A DNA stretch of 64,000 nucleotides from Sphingomonadaceae bacterium (GTDB lineage: Bacteria > Pseudomonadota > Alphaproteobacteria > Sphingomonadales > Sphingomonadaceae). The DNA lies in NCBI GenBank assembly GCA_032249695.1, contig JAVVHE010000012.1, positions 14,647 to 78,646 of the forward strand, in the 5' to 3' direction. Numbering within the stretch: the stretch's first letter is position 1; each line of letters opens with the position of its first letter. The translations under genes and the position numbers were made by a program. Of the stretch, positions 55,138-64,000 are shown piece by piece. Under the pieces are notes generated by a model, which saw nothing but the letters and a program-made list of their open reading frames with translations, ran no database searches and was not told the DNA's origin.

Positions 55138-56457
55138 ATGATCCGTCCAATCCGCCGCGGGGAATTGGGCGGGATTATGGCAGCGGTCACAGCCGGGCGC
55201 ATCTTCGTGTTCTTCGAATGCTTCGCGCTCGGCGGGGTCGAGTTGTCCGCGCTCAACTACATTCGCGAATGGCTCGCGGCCGGACGGCATGTGACGCTGT
55301 TCGTCGGTGCGGCCGATGGCCCGCTGCAGGCGCACATCCCCGACGGAGTTGAACTGGTCACGCCCGAGCGCGAGATCGAGAGCTACACGGGCATGTTCGC
55401 GCCCGTGATCCGTGCGGCGCGCGCGGCCCGGCCCGATCTCATCTTCGTGCCCGGCAACCGCTACACCGCGATCGGCCTCATCCTGAAGATCGCGCTCGGC
55501 CGCGCCGCGCCGCCGTTTGTGGTGAAGCTGTCGAACAGCCTAGAGCTTGCCCAGAGCGGCAGCCTCAAGCGATCGGTCTATCGCTGCTTCCTGCGGCTGC
55601 AGGCGAAGCTGTTCGATCACGCGGTCGCGATGTCGCCGGGGCTGTCGGCCGAGGCGCAGCGCTTCGGCGGGTTCGCGGCCCCGCGGCTCAGCGTCGTCGC
55701 CGATCCCCCCTCGATCACCGCCGCGCCGCAGGGGCTGAGCGATTCGGCCGCGCGGTTGGTCGCGGTCGGGCGCTGCACCCCGCAGAAGCGCTTCGACCGG
55801 CTGCTGCGCGCGCTCGCCCGCACGCCGCGTCCGATCGCGCTCGATCTGATCGGCGACGGGCCGGACCTGCCCGCGCTCGTCGAGCTGGCTGCGGGGCTTG
55901 GCATCGCCCACCGCGTGACGTTCCACGGCTTCCTGCCCGATCCCAGCGCGATGGTCACCCGCGCCCGCGCGCTCGTCCTCAGCTCGGACTATGAAGGGCT
56001 GCCGGCGGTAGCGATCGAGGCGCTCGCCGCCGGCACGCCGGTCGTCACCACCGATTGCACGCCCGCCTTCCACGACCTGCTGACGAGCCCAGTGCTCGGC
56101 CGCATCGTTCCGCGCGACGACGAACGCGCGCTCGCCGACGCGCTGACCGCCGCTGCGCTCATCGCGCCCGATCGCACCGCGATTCGCGCCGCGGTCAAGC
56201 TCGCGACCTGGCCGGGCTCGGCGCGGCGCTATCTGGTGCTGTTCGACGGGCTGGTGCGGGGGCAGCGTCGCAGGCGCGCGGCCCCGGCCGAAGCCGGACC
56301 GGTGCGCCGTCCAGCGCTCGCCCCGGTCGGCGCCGCGCTCGCCATCGCCGCGATCATTGGCGCCGTTCCGTTCGCCAGCCCCGGCGCGTTGGCGCGCGCC
56401 CGATCGGAAATCGCGCGGATCGCGCTGCCCCAAGGCGAATCCGCCGCCCAGCGCTAG
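55138..56457 (+). CDS. Family 4 (GT-B) glycosyltransferase with Ala/Arg-rich C-terminal tail
   Basis: ...FFECFALGGVELSALN... and ...SDYEGLPAVAIEALAAGTPVVTTD.... An alternative start lies at ATG 55177. Confidence 0.75.
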   Translation: MIRPIRRGELGGIMAAVTAGRIFVFFECFALGGVELSALNYIREWLAAGRHVTLFVGAADGPLQAHIPDGVELVTPEREIESYTGMFAPVIRAARAARPDLIFVPGNRYTAIGLILKIALGRAAPPFVVKLSNSLELAQSGSLKRSVYRCFLRLQAKLFDHAVAMSPGLSAEAQRFGGFAAPRLSVVADPPSITAAPQGLSDSAARLVAVGRCTPQKRFDRLLRALARTPRPIALDLIGDGPDLPALVELAAGLGIAHRVTFHGFLPDPSAMVTRARALVLSSDYEGLPAVAIEALAAGTPVVTTDCTPAFHDLLTSPVLGRIVPRDDERALADALTAAALIAPDRTAIRAAVKLATWPGSARRYLVLFDGLVRGQRRRRAAPAEAGPVRRPALAPVGAALAIAAIIGAVPFASPGALARARSEIARIALPQGESAAQR

Positions 56458-56460
56458 GCG

Positions 56461-56895
56461 CTACTCCCCCTCGATGCCGAAGGCTCGATCGATGTGCGGC
56501 CAGTTGACCCCGTCAAGCTCCTCCCGCGCATAATGCGGCGCGGCTGACAGGCGCTCGCCGGGCAGATCGATATTGTACCCGCCGCGGCTCTCGTCATAGG
56601 TCAGCACATGCCACGGCAGCGGCGTATAGCGCTCGCCCAGCCCCAGGAAGCCGCCCGAACCCAGCACGACAAACGCCACTTTTCCCGACAGCTTGTTGAT
56701 GAGCACTCGCTCGATCGTGCCCAGCCGGTCGCCATCGGCATTGTAGACCGCCGTGCCCGCCACCTTGGCGGCGTCGATCAGCTTGTGCGTTTCCTCGGTG
56801 TTGACCGCTCCGCTGCGGTCGCGCCCGGCGCCGTCCACCGGCTCGGGCAGGTCGGACAGCTGCGTGGCCTCGCTCGTCGTTCGCTGCGCATCCAT
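56461..56895 (-). CDS. PRC-barrel domain protein
   Basis: ...VAGTAVYNADGDRLGTIERVLINKLSGKVAFVVLGSGGFLGLGERYTPLPW... is the PRC-barrel pattern. Confidence 0.75.
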   Translation of the reverse strand: MDAQRTTSEATQLSDLPEPVDGAGRDRSGAVNTEETHKLIDAAKVAGTAVYNADGDRLGTIERVLINKLSGKVAFVVLGSGGFLGLGERYTPLPWHVLTYDESRGGYNIDLPGERLSAAPHYAREELDGVNWPHIDRAFGIEGE

Positions 56896-56991
56896 TGCAA
56901 TCGGGTCCCATCCTGCCGACTATAGCTGCACGAAACCGGGAGGCGCGCGGGGCGGTTCCGTCCGGCGTCCGCTAAGGTATGGACCGTCGTC

Positions 56992-57669
56992 ATGCTTGGC
57001 CTTGTCCGCTACATCGAATCGGTGAAGGCCCGCGATCCGGCGGCGCGCAGCCGGGCCGAGGTGCTGCTCTATCCCGGTCTCTGGGCGCTCGCCGCGCACC
57101 GGCTGGCGCATCCGCTCTACCGCGCGCGGCTGTTCTTCGCGGCCCGGCTGATCAACCACATCGCCCGTGCGTTCACGGGCATCGACATCCATCCCGGAGC
57201 GCGGCTGGGTGAAGGCTTCTTCATCGATCACGGCTTCACCGTCATCGGCGAAACCGCCGAAATCGGCCGCAACGTGACGATTTATCAATGCGTCACGCTG
57301 GGCGGCACCGATCCATCGAGCGGCGTCCCCGGTAAGCGCCACCCGACGATCGAGGACGACGTCGTGATCGGTTCGGGCGCGCAGGTGCTGGGGCCGATCA
57401 CGGTCGGCCGCGGCGCGCGCATCGGAGCGAACTCGGTCGTCACCGGCCATGTGCCGCCCGGCGCGGTGATGGTCGGCATCCCCGCGCGCCCGCTGCCGAT
57501 GAATGCCGAGGCCAAGCGCGGTTTCCTGCCCTACGGCACGCCCTGCGACAATGCGCCCGATCCGATCGCCTGCCGCATCGACCGCCTGACCGAGGAGTTG
57601 GAGCGGCTGCGCGCCGAGCTGCGCGCCGAGCGCGCGCGCCGCACCAGCCCGGAGGACCGCGCCGCCTGA
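56992..57669 (+). CDS. cysE: Serine O-acetyltransferase
   Basis: ...[16 protein letters not shown]...HRLAH... with a hexapeptide-repeat region ([29 protein letters not shown]). Confidence 0.9.
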   Translation: MLGLVRYIESVKARDPAARSRAEVLLYPGLWALAAHRLAHPLYRARLFFAARLINHIARAFTGIDIHPGARLGEGFFIDHGFTVIGETAEIGRNVTIYQCVTLGGTDPSSGVPGKRHPTIEDDVVIGSGAQVLGPITVGRGARIGANSVVTGHVPPGAVMVGIPARPLPMNAEAKRGFLPYGTPCDNAPDPIACRIDRLTEELERLRAELRAERARRTSPEDRAA

Positions 57670-58013
57670 TGACGGCTACCGTCACGCCGCTGCACCCGGC
57701 CCACGCCCGCCAGCGCCAGACGGTCTTCGACCGCACCGAGCTGAGCCGCATTCTGGACATCTACGGCCGCATGGTCGCCGCCGGGCAGTGGCGCGACTAC
57801 GCGATCACGTTTGGCCGCGACCACGCGGTCTTCGCGGCCTTCCGCCGCGCCAGCGAGCGGCCCGAACTGCAGCTTTGGAAGCGCCCCGAGCTCCGCGCCA
57901 AGGGCCAGCTCTACGCGCTGGTCGGCGAGCACGGCCAGATCGTCAAACGCGGCTCCGACCTCGCAGCGGTGCTGGCGCCGGTGGCGCGGCGGCTGCTGAA
58001 GGCGGTGGAATAG
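57669..58013 (+). CDS. DUF2794 family protein
   Basis: TGATG overlap with cysE. The sequence is ...VFDRTELSRILDIYGRMVAAGQWRDYAI.... Confidence 0.7.
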   Translation: MTATVTPLHPAHARQRQTVFDRTELSRILDIYGRMVAAGQWRDYAITFGRDHAVFAAFRRASERPELQLWKRPELRAKGQLYALVGEHGQIVKRGSDLAAVLAPVARRLLKAVE

Positions 58014-58300
58014 CTCGGGTTCAGGCGCTTGTTTCGGCTGTCGCCAGCACGGCCGCAAAGACGATGCGGTTTGTCTCGTCGTCAGCCCTGGTAAACGGCT
58101 GTCGCTTGCTGAACCTCGATCGCTGCGACCGCCAGTCGCCGGGCTAGAGGTCTTGCGTCCGGTCTCGTCGACGCTCGTCGGCGTCGGCTGAAGGTGGCGC
58201 TCGGACGGCGGGCCAACCCGTGCCGCCGCGCGCAAGCTGCCGTCGACGAGACGGGCGTCCGGCCTTGTCACCCCGGCGTGCACCCGTTAGCCCCGGCGCG

Positions 58301-58537
58301 ATGAAGGCTAAGGTGCATGTGTTCCTGAAGCCCGGCGTGCTCGATCCGCAGGGCCGTGCCATCCACCATGCGCTGGAGGGGCTTGGCTTCGGCGGGATCA
58401 GCGCGGTGCGGCAGGGCAAGCTGATCGAGCTCGATCTGGACGAGACCGATCCCGAGCGCGCGCGCGCGGCAGCCGACGCGATGGCGGCGAAGCTGCTGGC
58501 CAACCCCGTCATCGAAAGCTGGCGCGTCGAGATTTGA
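58301..58537 (+). CDS. purS: Phosphoribosylformylglycinamidine synthase subunit PurS
   Basis: Internal ATG giving [30 protein letters not shown].... Confidence 0.9.
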   Translation: MKAKVHVFLKPGVLDPQGRAIHHALEGLGFGGISAVRQGKLIELDLDETDPERARAAADAMAAKLLANPVIESWRVEI

Positions 58538-59208
58538 AGGCGATGCGCGCTGCGGTCCTCGTCTTTCCCGGCTCAAACTGCGACCGCGATGTGGCGGTGG
58601 CGTTGCGCGATGTTGGCGCTGAAGTCACCATGACGTGGCATGCCGGGACCGAGCTGCCCGCGCGGACCGATCTGGTCGTGGCGCCGGGCGGCTTCGCGCA
58701 TGGCGACTATCTGCGCTGCGGCGCGATGGCTGCGCGATCGGCGATCATGCCCGCGGTCGCCGCCCATGCTGCGCGCGGCGGGCTGGTGCTTGGCCTGTGC
58801 AACGGCTTCCAGATTTTGACGGAGGCGGGGCTGCTGCCCGGAGCGCTGCTCCGGAATGCGGGGCTGGCCTATGTGTGCCGCGACGTGGCGCTGGTGCCGG
58901 CCAACACCGACACGCCGTTCACACGTGCCTACGCGCCCGGCGAGGCGGTGCGCATTCCGGTGGGGCATCACGACGGGAATTACACCGCCGACGATGCGAC
59001 GCTCGACCGGCTGGAGGGCGAGGGGCGCGTGGCGTGGCGCTACGCGCCGGGCGACAATCCGAACGGCAGCGCGCACGACATCGCCGGCGTGCTTAGCGCG
59101 AACGGTCGGGTGCTCGGCATGATGCCGCACCCCGAGCGCCTCGCCGACCCCGCGCAGGGCGGGATCGACGGGCGCCGGTTGTTCGAAGGGCTGATGGCCG
59201 CCGCCTGA
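58534..59208 (+). CDS. purQ: Phosphoribosylformylglycinamidine synthase subunit PurQ (glutaminase)
   Basis: ...[14 protein letters not shown]...GLCNGFQIL...MPHPER.... The start is TTG 58534 (overlapping the purS stop) or ATG 58543. Confidence 0.9.
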   Translation: MKAMRAAVLVFPGSNCDRDVAVALRDVGAEVTMTWHAGTELPARTDLVVAPGGFAHGDYLRCGAMAARSAIMPAVAAHAARGGLVLGLCNGFQILTEAGLLPGALLRNAGLAYVCRDVALVPANTDTPFTRAYAPGEAVRIPVGHHDGNYTADDATLDRLEGEGRVAWRYAPGDNPNGSAHDIAGVLSANGRVLGMMPHPERLADPAQGGIDGRRLFEGLMAAA

Positions 59209-59257
59209 TCCTTGCCAGCGGGTGCCATCGGGGTGCGTTGGCCGAGTTTCGAAGGTC

Positions 59258-59731
59258 TCAGGCGTCTTCGCGGAGCTGCCCGGTTTCGCCGATTTCGCGC
59301 CGTAATTCGTCGCGCCGCTGCTCCATTTCGGCGCCCAGCGCGTCAAGATCGACGCCGCCGCGGCCTGCAAGCTCCTTCAGCGTTTCCTCCTCGCGCTCGA
59401 AATGCGCGCGCAGCTGGTCGGCAACGCCCGCGAAATCGGGGCCGTCGCTGTCCTCGTCCTCCTCGGGCTCGTCGGCCTCGTCGAGCTCGTCGAGTAGATC
59501 CTCGATCTCATCTGAGCCGTCCATCAGCTCCTCGACGGCGTCCTCGTCGACCGCGCCAAGCGCGGGATAGAGCAGCTCGCGCTTCAGCGCCTGAAGCACG
59601 TCGAGGCGGACGAGTGCCTCCTCCACCACCTCCGCCCGCCCGCCGTCACCAGCCCCAAGCTGGTCGAAGAGGTTGAGGATGGCGCGATGCTCCTCCTGCA
59701 CGAGCGTAAGCGCACGCGGTTCGGCTGCCAT
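59258..59731 (-). CDS. Hemerythrin-like (HHE) domain protein with a hyper-acidic insert
   Basis: Internal ATG at 59731. The sequence is ...LVQEEHRAILNLFDQL...LKRELLYPAL...QLRAHFEREEETL..., with the acidic run DEIEDLLDELDEADEPEEDEDSD. Confidence 0.5.
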   Translation of the reverse strand: MAAEPRALTLVQEEHRAILNLFDQLGAGDGGRAEVVEEALVRLDVLQALKRELLYPALGAVDEDAVEELMDGSDEIEDLLDELDEADEPEEDEDSDGPDFAGVADQLRAHFEREEETLKELAGRGGVDLDALGAEMEQRRDELRREIGETGQLREDA

Positions 59732-59925
59732 GTCAGTTCTCCATGTGGGTTGCGTTCCGCCTCGAAACACCCCCGCATCAGCGGGGTTCCTCGCGAACTC
59801 TGGAGGGAACCGATATGGCTGCTGGAACGAATGGTGAAATGCCGCGTTCATGCAGCATCTTCGGTCCAAGCGTCCGCTCAGGACCGATCTCACATGGTCA
59901 TAATTTCGGCTGAAGGCGGTGACGC

Positions 59926-61083
59926 TTGCAGAATGCGCCAGCTTATCAGGGCACTGACGGCCGCGATCGCCTCGTCGCTCTGTCGCATCTCCGTTGGGAC
60001 TTTGTCTTCCAGCGCCCGCAGCACCTGTTGACGCGGGCGTCACGTGACTACCGGGTAAGCTTCATCGAAGAGCCTGTGTTCGAGGGCACCAATTTCGACG
60101 TGCGGCGCCTCAACCGCGGAGGTGTGACGGTGGTTCAGCCGGTGGTACCCGAAGGCTCCGCGCCCGACGCGGTTGAAGCGCATGAACTCGCCGTCATCGC
60201 CGCTGAGTGTGCCAAGGGCGCGGCCCGCCTTGTTCTTTGGTTCTATTCGCCTATGTTCGCACCCACGCTCGGGGTCGTCAGCCCCGACGCGATCGTCTTC
60301 GACAAGATGGACGAACTAAGCGCTTTTGCGTTTGCGCCGGCGGGGTTGCGGGCGCGGGAGGCGGAGGTGGTGGCGGCCGCCGATGTGGTGTTCACCGGCG
60401 GCCAGGCGATGTTCGAGGCGGCACAGGGCCGCCACCCGAACCTGCACTGCTTCCCATCGTCGATCGACACCGCGCATTTCGCGCGTGCCCGCGAGCGTGC
60501 GCTGCCCGATCCGGCCGACCAGGCCAACATCGCGCACCCGCGGATCGGTTTCTTCGGCGTCATCGATGAACGGATCGACCTCGACTTGATCGCCGCGACC
60601 GCCGCGCTGAAGCCCGATTGGCAGTTCCTCTTCCTCGGCCCAACCGCCAAGATCGACCCCGCTTCGCTGCCACAGGCGCCCAATATCCACTGGCTTGGCA
60701 GCAAAAAATACGCCGATCTGCCGGCCTATCTTGCCCATTGGGACGCTGGATGGATGCCGTTTGCGATGAACGACGCGACGAAGTTCATTTCGCCGACCAA
60801 GACCCCCGAGTTTCTGGCAGCCGGCCTGCCGGTCGTCTCGACGCCGATCACCGACGTCGTCCGCCCCTACGGCGTCGACGGCCTCGTCTGGATCGCCAGC
60901 ACACCCGAACAGGCGGTCGCCCTGCTCGAGCGGTGTCTGACGCCGCAGAGCGACAACTGGCGCACGCGCGTCGATGCGCGGCTCGCCCTTGGATCGTGGG
61001 ACCGCACCTGGGACGCGATGCGCGGACTGATCGAGGACGCGCTCGCCGCCACCACCCCCCACAAGGAATCAGAATATGTTTGA
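59926..61083 (+). CDS. GT-B glycosyltransferase (TuaH-like N-terminus SHLRWDFVFQRPQHL), paired with glf
   Basis: 385-aa ORF whose 3' end overlaps the glf start by 8 nt. The C-terminal half is ...ISPTKTPEFLAAGLPVVSTP.... Confidence 0.7.
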   Translation: MQNAPAYQGTDGRDRLVALSHLRWDFVFQRPQHLLTRASRDYRVSFIEEPVFEGTNFDVRRLNRGGVTVVQPVVPEGSAPDAVEAHELAVIAAECAKGAARLVLWFYSPMFAPTLGVVSPDAIVFDKMDELSAFAFAPAGLRAREAEVVAAADVVFTGGQAMFEAAQGRHPNLHCFPSSIDTAHFARARERALPDPADQANIAHPRIGFFGVIDERIDLDLIAATAALKPDWQFLFLGPTAKIDPASLPQAPNIHWLGSKKYADLPAYLAHWDAGWMPFAMNDATKFISPTKTPEFLAAGLPVVSTPITDVVRPYGVDGLVWIASTPEQAVALLERCLTPQSDNWRTRVDARLALGSWDRTWDAMRGLIEDALAATTPHKESEYV

Positions 61084-62233
61084 TTGGTTGATCGTCGGCG
61101 CTGGCTTCGCCGGTTCAACGCTTGCCGAGCGGATTGCCACCCAGCGGGGCGAGAAAGTGCTGGTCATCGACCGGCGCAACCATATCGGCGGCAACGCCTA
61201 CGACCGCTACGACGAGCACGGACTGCTGATCCACCAATATGGTCCGCACATCTTCCATACCAACAGCGAGCAGATTTTCGCCCACCTCTCGCAATTCACC
61301 GAATGGCGCCCCTACGAGCATCGCGTGCTCGCGCAGGTCGACGGCCAACTGGTGCCGATCCCGATCAATCTCGATACCGTCAACAAGCTTTACGGTCTGA
61401 GCCTGACCAGCGAGGAACTCCCTGCGTGGTTCGAGGCGCGCGCCGAGAAGGTCGCCGAGATCCGCACGTCGGAGGACGTGGTCGTGTCGGTCGTCGGCCG
61501 CGAGCTGTACGAGAAATTCTTCCAGGGCTACACGTGCAAGCAGTGGGGCATGGACCCGAGCGAACTCGATAAAAGCGTCACCGCGCGCGTGCCGACGCGG
61601 ACCAATCGCGACGACCGCTATTTCGGCGACAAGTTCCAGTATATGCCACTCCACGGCTATACGCGCATGTTCGAGCGGATGCTCGATCATCCGAACATCA
61701 GCGTCATGCTCCAGACCGACTATCGCGACATTGCGAAGTTCGTGCCGTTCAAGCGGCTGATCTTTACCGGTCCGGTCGATGAGTATTTCGGCTTCCGCTA
61801 TGGCAAGCTGCCCTACCGCTCGCTGCAATTCGAGCATGTGACGCTCGATCAGGAATGGTTCCAGCCCGTCGGCGTGGTCAACTTCCCGCAGACCGAGGAC
61901 TATACCCGCGTCACGGAATACAAGCATCTGACCGGGCAGGTCCACGCAAAGACCGCGCTGACCTACGAATATCCAAGCGCCGAGGGCGATCCCTATTACC
62001 CGATTCCAAGGCCGGAGAACGCGGCGCTCTATAAGAAATACGAGACGCTCGCGATGAACACGCCCGACGTGTGGTTCGTCGGGCGGCTGGCGACCTATCG
62101 CTACTATAATATGGATCAGGTCGTCGGCCAGGCGCTCGCGACGTTCCGGCGGATCGAGGAAACGGTGCCGGCTCGCGGCAGGCTCGTCAGCGCTCCGGCC
62201 GCGGGTTCGCACCTGGCGGTCGCCGCCGAGTGA
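61076..62233 (+). CDS. glf: UDP-galactopyranose mutase
   Basis: MFDWLIVGAGFAGSTLAERIA...IGGNAYD...YGPHIFHTN....YPIP.. are canonical Glf motifs. Confidence 0.9.
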   Translation: MFDWLIVGAGFAGSTLAERIATQRGEKVLVIDRRNHIGGNAYDRYDEHGLLIHQYGPHIFHTNSEQIFAHLSQFTEWRPYEHRVLAQVDGQLVPIPINLDTVNKLYGLSLTSEELPAWFEARAEKVAEIRTSEDVVVSVVGRELYEKFFQGYTCKQWGMDPSELDKSVTARVPTRTNRDDRYFGDKFQYMPLHGYTRMFERMLDHPNISVMLQTDYRDIAKFVPFKRLIFTGPVDEYFGFRYGKLPYRSLQFEHVTLDQEWFQPVGVVNFPQTEDYTRVTEYKHLTGQVHAKTALTYEYPSAEGDPYYPIPRPENAALYKKYETLAMNTPDVWFVGRLATYRYYNMDQVVGQALATFRRIEETVPARGRLVSAPAAGSHLAVAAE

Positions 62234-62415
62234 GCTGCCGGATCGCCTTGCGCGCCGCGCGCACGGTGTTTGCCCCGCCGCGCTGCTGGCCGCAGGGCGA
62301 GCGGGGCGATCCGCATCTGCTACAGATGATCCAGACGCTCGCTGCGGCGGGGGCTGCGGCCTCCGCCGACAGCGCGAGCAAGAAGCCGCGCGTCGAGGAG
62401 CAGCGGCCGAGCTGA
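62230..62415 (+). CDS. Candidate small protein (61 aa) coupled to glf
   Basis: The GTG overlaps the glf stop (GTGA). My hand-counted GC3 is about 90%. I recognise no motif. Confidence 0.4.
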   Translation: MSCRIALRAARTVFAPPRCWPQGERGDPHLLQMIQTLAAAGAAASADSASKKPRVEEQRPS

Positions 62416-62582
62416 TCGGCTCCGTTTCGGACTGATCGGGCCGTTTGGCGCGCGGGTTGCGAGGCACCGGGTGCAACCGCCCGGTGACCCATGCACGATC
62501 AGCCAAACGCCGTTCGATCCGATCAACAACACCGCCAAGTTTCCGCCGCGCGTCACTCCGCCGCCGCCCGTGAGGCGGCGCG

Positions 62583-63293
62583 ATGACGTCCGGTGCAGCG
62601 GAGGTCGGCGTCGCTCCGCCCTCGCCCGAGGCGCTTCTGCTCTACGAGCCGCTGGTGCGCCGCATCGCGCGCCAGGTCCATCGTTCGGCGAGCGCGGCGG
62701 TGGAGCTGGACGAACTGGTGCAGACCGGGCTGCTCGCGCTGGTGCAGGCTTCGCGCGGGTTCGTGCCGCGCGGCGAGGGATCGTTCACCGCCTATGCGCT
62801 GCTGCGCGCGCGCGGGGCGATGATCGACGTGCTGCGCGGCTCCGCGACGATCAGCCGAGCCGCGATGCGCCGCCGCCGCAAGCTGAAGCAGGCCGAGGCC
62901 GAGCTGACTGCGCGCCTGGGCCGGGCGCCCACGACAGCGGAGCTGGCCGACGCCCTGGGGCTGAGCGCTCCCGAGCTGCGCGCGGCGGTCGACGGCGCGC
63001 AGCCGGTTTTTCTGGAGCCGCTCGACGCGATCTACTCGGACCGCGCGGGCTGGTTCGCCTGCGAGCTGCCCAACGCCGAGGAGCAGCTCGCGGCCGAGAG
63101 CGACCGCGCCGAGCTCGCCGCAGCCATCGCGCGCCTGCCGCATCGACACGCGATGGTGCTGCAGCTCTATTTCATCGAGGAGTGGACGCTCGAACAGATT
63201 GGCGACGCGCTCGGAGTCGGCGCTGCGCGGGTGTGCCAGATCAAGCGTAGCGCGCTCGATCGGCTGCGGCGGGAGATGTCGCCGGCCGACTGA
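62583..63293 (+). CDS. FliA/WhiG-type (sigma-28 family) RNA polymerase sigma factor
   Basis: Region 2 (...ELDELVQTGLLALVQA...FTAYALLRARGAMIDVLR), region 3 and region 4 (...EEWTLEQIGDALGVGAARVCQIKRSALDRLR). Confidence 0.75.
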   Translation: MTSGAAEVGVAPPSPEALLLYEPLVRRIARQVHRSASAAVELDELVQTGLLALVQASRGFVPRGEGSFTAYALLRARGAMIDVLRGSATISRAAMRRRRKLKQAEAELTARLGRAPTTAELADALGLSAPELRAAVDGAQPVFLEPLDAIYSDRAGWFACELPNAEEQLAAESDRAELAAAIARLPHRHAMVLQLYFIEEWTLEQIGDALGVGAARVCQIKRSALDRLRREMSPAD

Positions 63294-63306
63294 GTCCGCG
63301 CTCGGG

Positions 63307-64000
63307 TCAGAACACCCGGTGGTCGCCGCGATCGAGTGTCACCGCGCCGCTCAGCAGCGCGCGCCAATAGTCCCTCAGCCGCTCGCTGCCGGTTTCGGGC
63401 GTTCCGTCCGCGTCATAGCGCTCGGCTGCCGCGTCCCACAGCAGCATCGATTCGCTTGCGTAATAGCGGCCGATGCGTGCCAGCTCGGCCTTCGCGGCAG
63501 CGCGCGGCGACAGGCGACCTGCGAGCGACAATGCGCCGACGATCCCGTCCATCAGGCCGATCGGCACCCGCCGGAAGCGCGGGACCTTGCCGACCAGCTC
63601 GAACAGCGTCTCGCCCTGCTCGCGCGGGGTCTGCGCGGGACCGGGGCCGCCAATGGGAAGAACGCGGTTTGAGCGCTCGGGACTCGTCAGGCAATCGGCC
63701 AGATAGGCGGCGATGTCGCCGTCGCTGACCGGCTTGCACGCGGTCAGCCGCCCGTCGCCGAACAGCACAAATGGCTTGCCCTGCCGCACCCTTTCCACCT
63801 GGCCCGAGAGCGACTTGAAGAACGCCGTCGGCCGAACGATCGCGTGAGTGAGGCCCGAGGCAGCAAGCTCGGCCTCAAACGCCAGCTTGGCGTGCTGAAA
63901 CGCGAGCCGCGGCTTTTGCACGCAGATCGCCGAGAGCAGCACGAACCGCCCCACGCCCGCTGCCGTCGCCCCGGCAAGCACGGTGCGGTGCGCGCGGTAG
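63307..64000 (-). CDS. NAD(P)H-binding NmrA/divinyl-reductase-like protein, N-terminus beyond window
   Basis: The ORF is open to the window edge. The sequence is ...RFVLLSAICVQKPRLAFQHAKL..E..L..SGLTHAIVRPTAFFKSL.... Confidence 0.65.
   Translation of the reverse strand, partial: YRAHRTVLAGATAAGVGRFVLLSAICVQKPRLAFQHAKLAFEAELAASGLTHAIVRPTAFFKSLSGQVERVRQGKPFVLFGDGRLTACKPVSDGDIAAYLADCLTSPERSNRVLPIGGPGPAQTPREQGETLFELVGKVPRFRRVPIGLMDGIVGALSLAGRLSPRAAAKAELARIGRYYASESMLLWDAAAERYDADGTPETGSERLRDYWRALLSGAVTLDRGDHRVF

Noticed and set aside
58014-58300. Possible purine-pathway riboswitch (ZTP/pfl-like) in the 287-bp leader upstream of purS
   Set aside because: I could not find the conserved ZTP core elements or any other riboswitch consensus I know by eye. 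A covariance-model scan (Rfam/Infernal) would be needed.

Overview
High-GC (about 67-68%) alphaproteobacterial chromosome segment. The gene content and order look sphingomonad-like, but that is inference, because no database search was possible. All family names come from motifs I recognise in the supplied translations. All start refinements come from counting codons in the ORF track and checking stop/start overlaps in the DNA.

Layout:
- (1) 1-8469: remnant of a Mu-type phage packaging/head module. It holds a gp27-like small terminase, TerL, a DUF935 portal and gpF, with extra small ORFs and at least two frame disruptions. It ends in a methyltransferase gene fragment and a lower-GC non-coding tract that abuts the 3' end of tRNA-Cys (8470-8543, minus strand).
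- (2) 8.7-15 kb: housekeeping genes. These are DUF808, rmuC, rpoZ, a PAS/HisKA_2 kinase, and an rppH-ECF sigma-anti-sigma operon.
- (3) 15.0-33.7 kb: a complete dcw cluster (mraZ rsmH ftsL ftsI murE murF mraY murD ftsW murG murC murB ddl ftsQ ftsA ftsZ). Almost every junction is a 1-4 nt stop/start overlap. The few real gaps carry GC-rich palindromic (REP-like) hairpins. Four 10-bp-phased MraZ-box-like repeats lie upstream of mraZ.
- (4) 34.0-42.1 kb: a thioester-type alpha-2-macroglobulin gene plus pbpC.
- (5) 42.2-46.5 kb: an uncharacterised five-gene sugar/lipid-modification module (GT2, 8-TM protein, DUF2141, GT4, convergent DUF2334 deacetylase-like). This is my best candidate for an undescribed system.
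- (6) 46.5-64 kb: mixed housekeeping and glycan genes. These are thiolase, a phytase-like esterase, rpmB, a Fur-family regulator, plsC, miaB, LOG, ugd+GT4, a PRC-barrel protein, cysE, DUF2794, purS/purQ, a hemerythrin-like protein, GT+glf, a FliA-type sigma factor and a partial NAD-binding reductase.

Several plausible coding ORFs fall just under the 60-aa cutoff of the ORF track: 5944-6123 and 26552-26728. No rRNA, CRISPR array, transposase or integrase is visible. Many long minus-strand ORFs are antisense shadows typical of high-GC DNA and were ignored.
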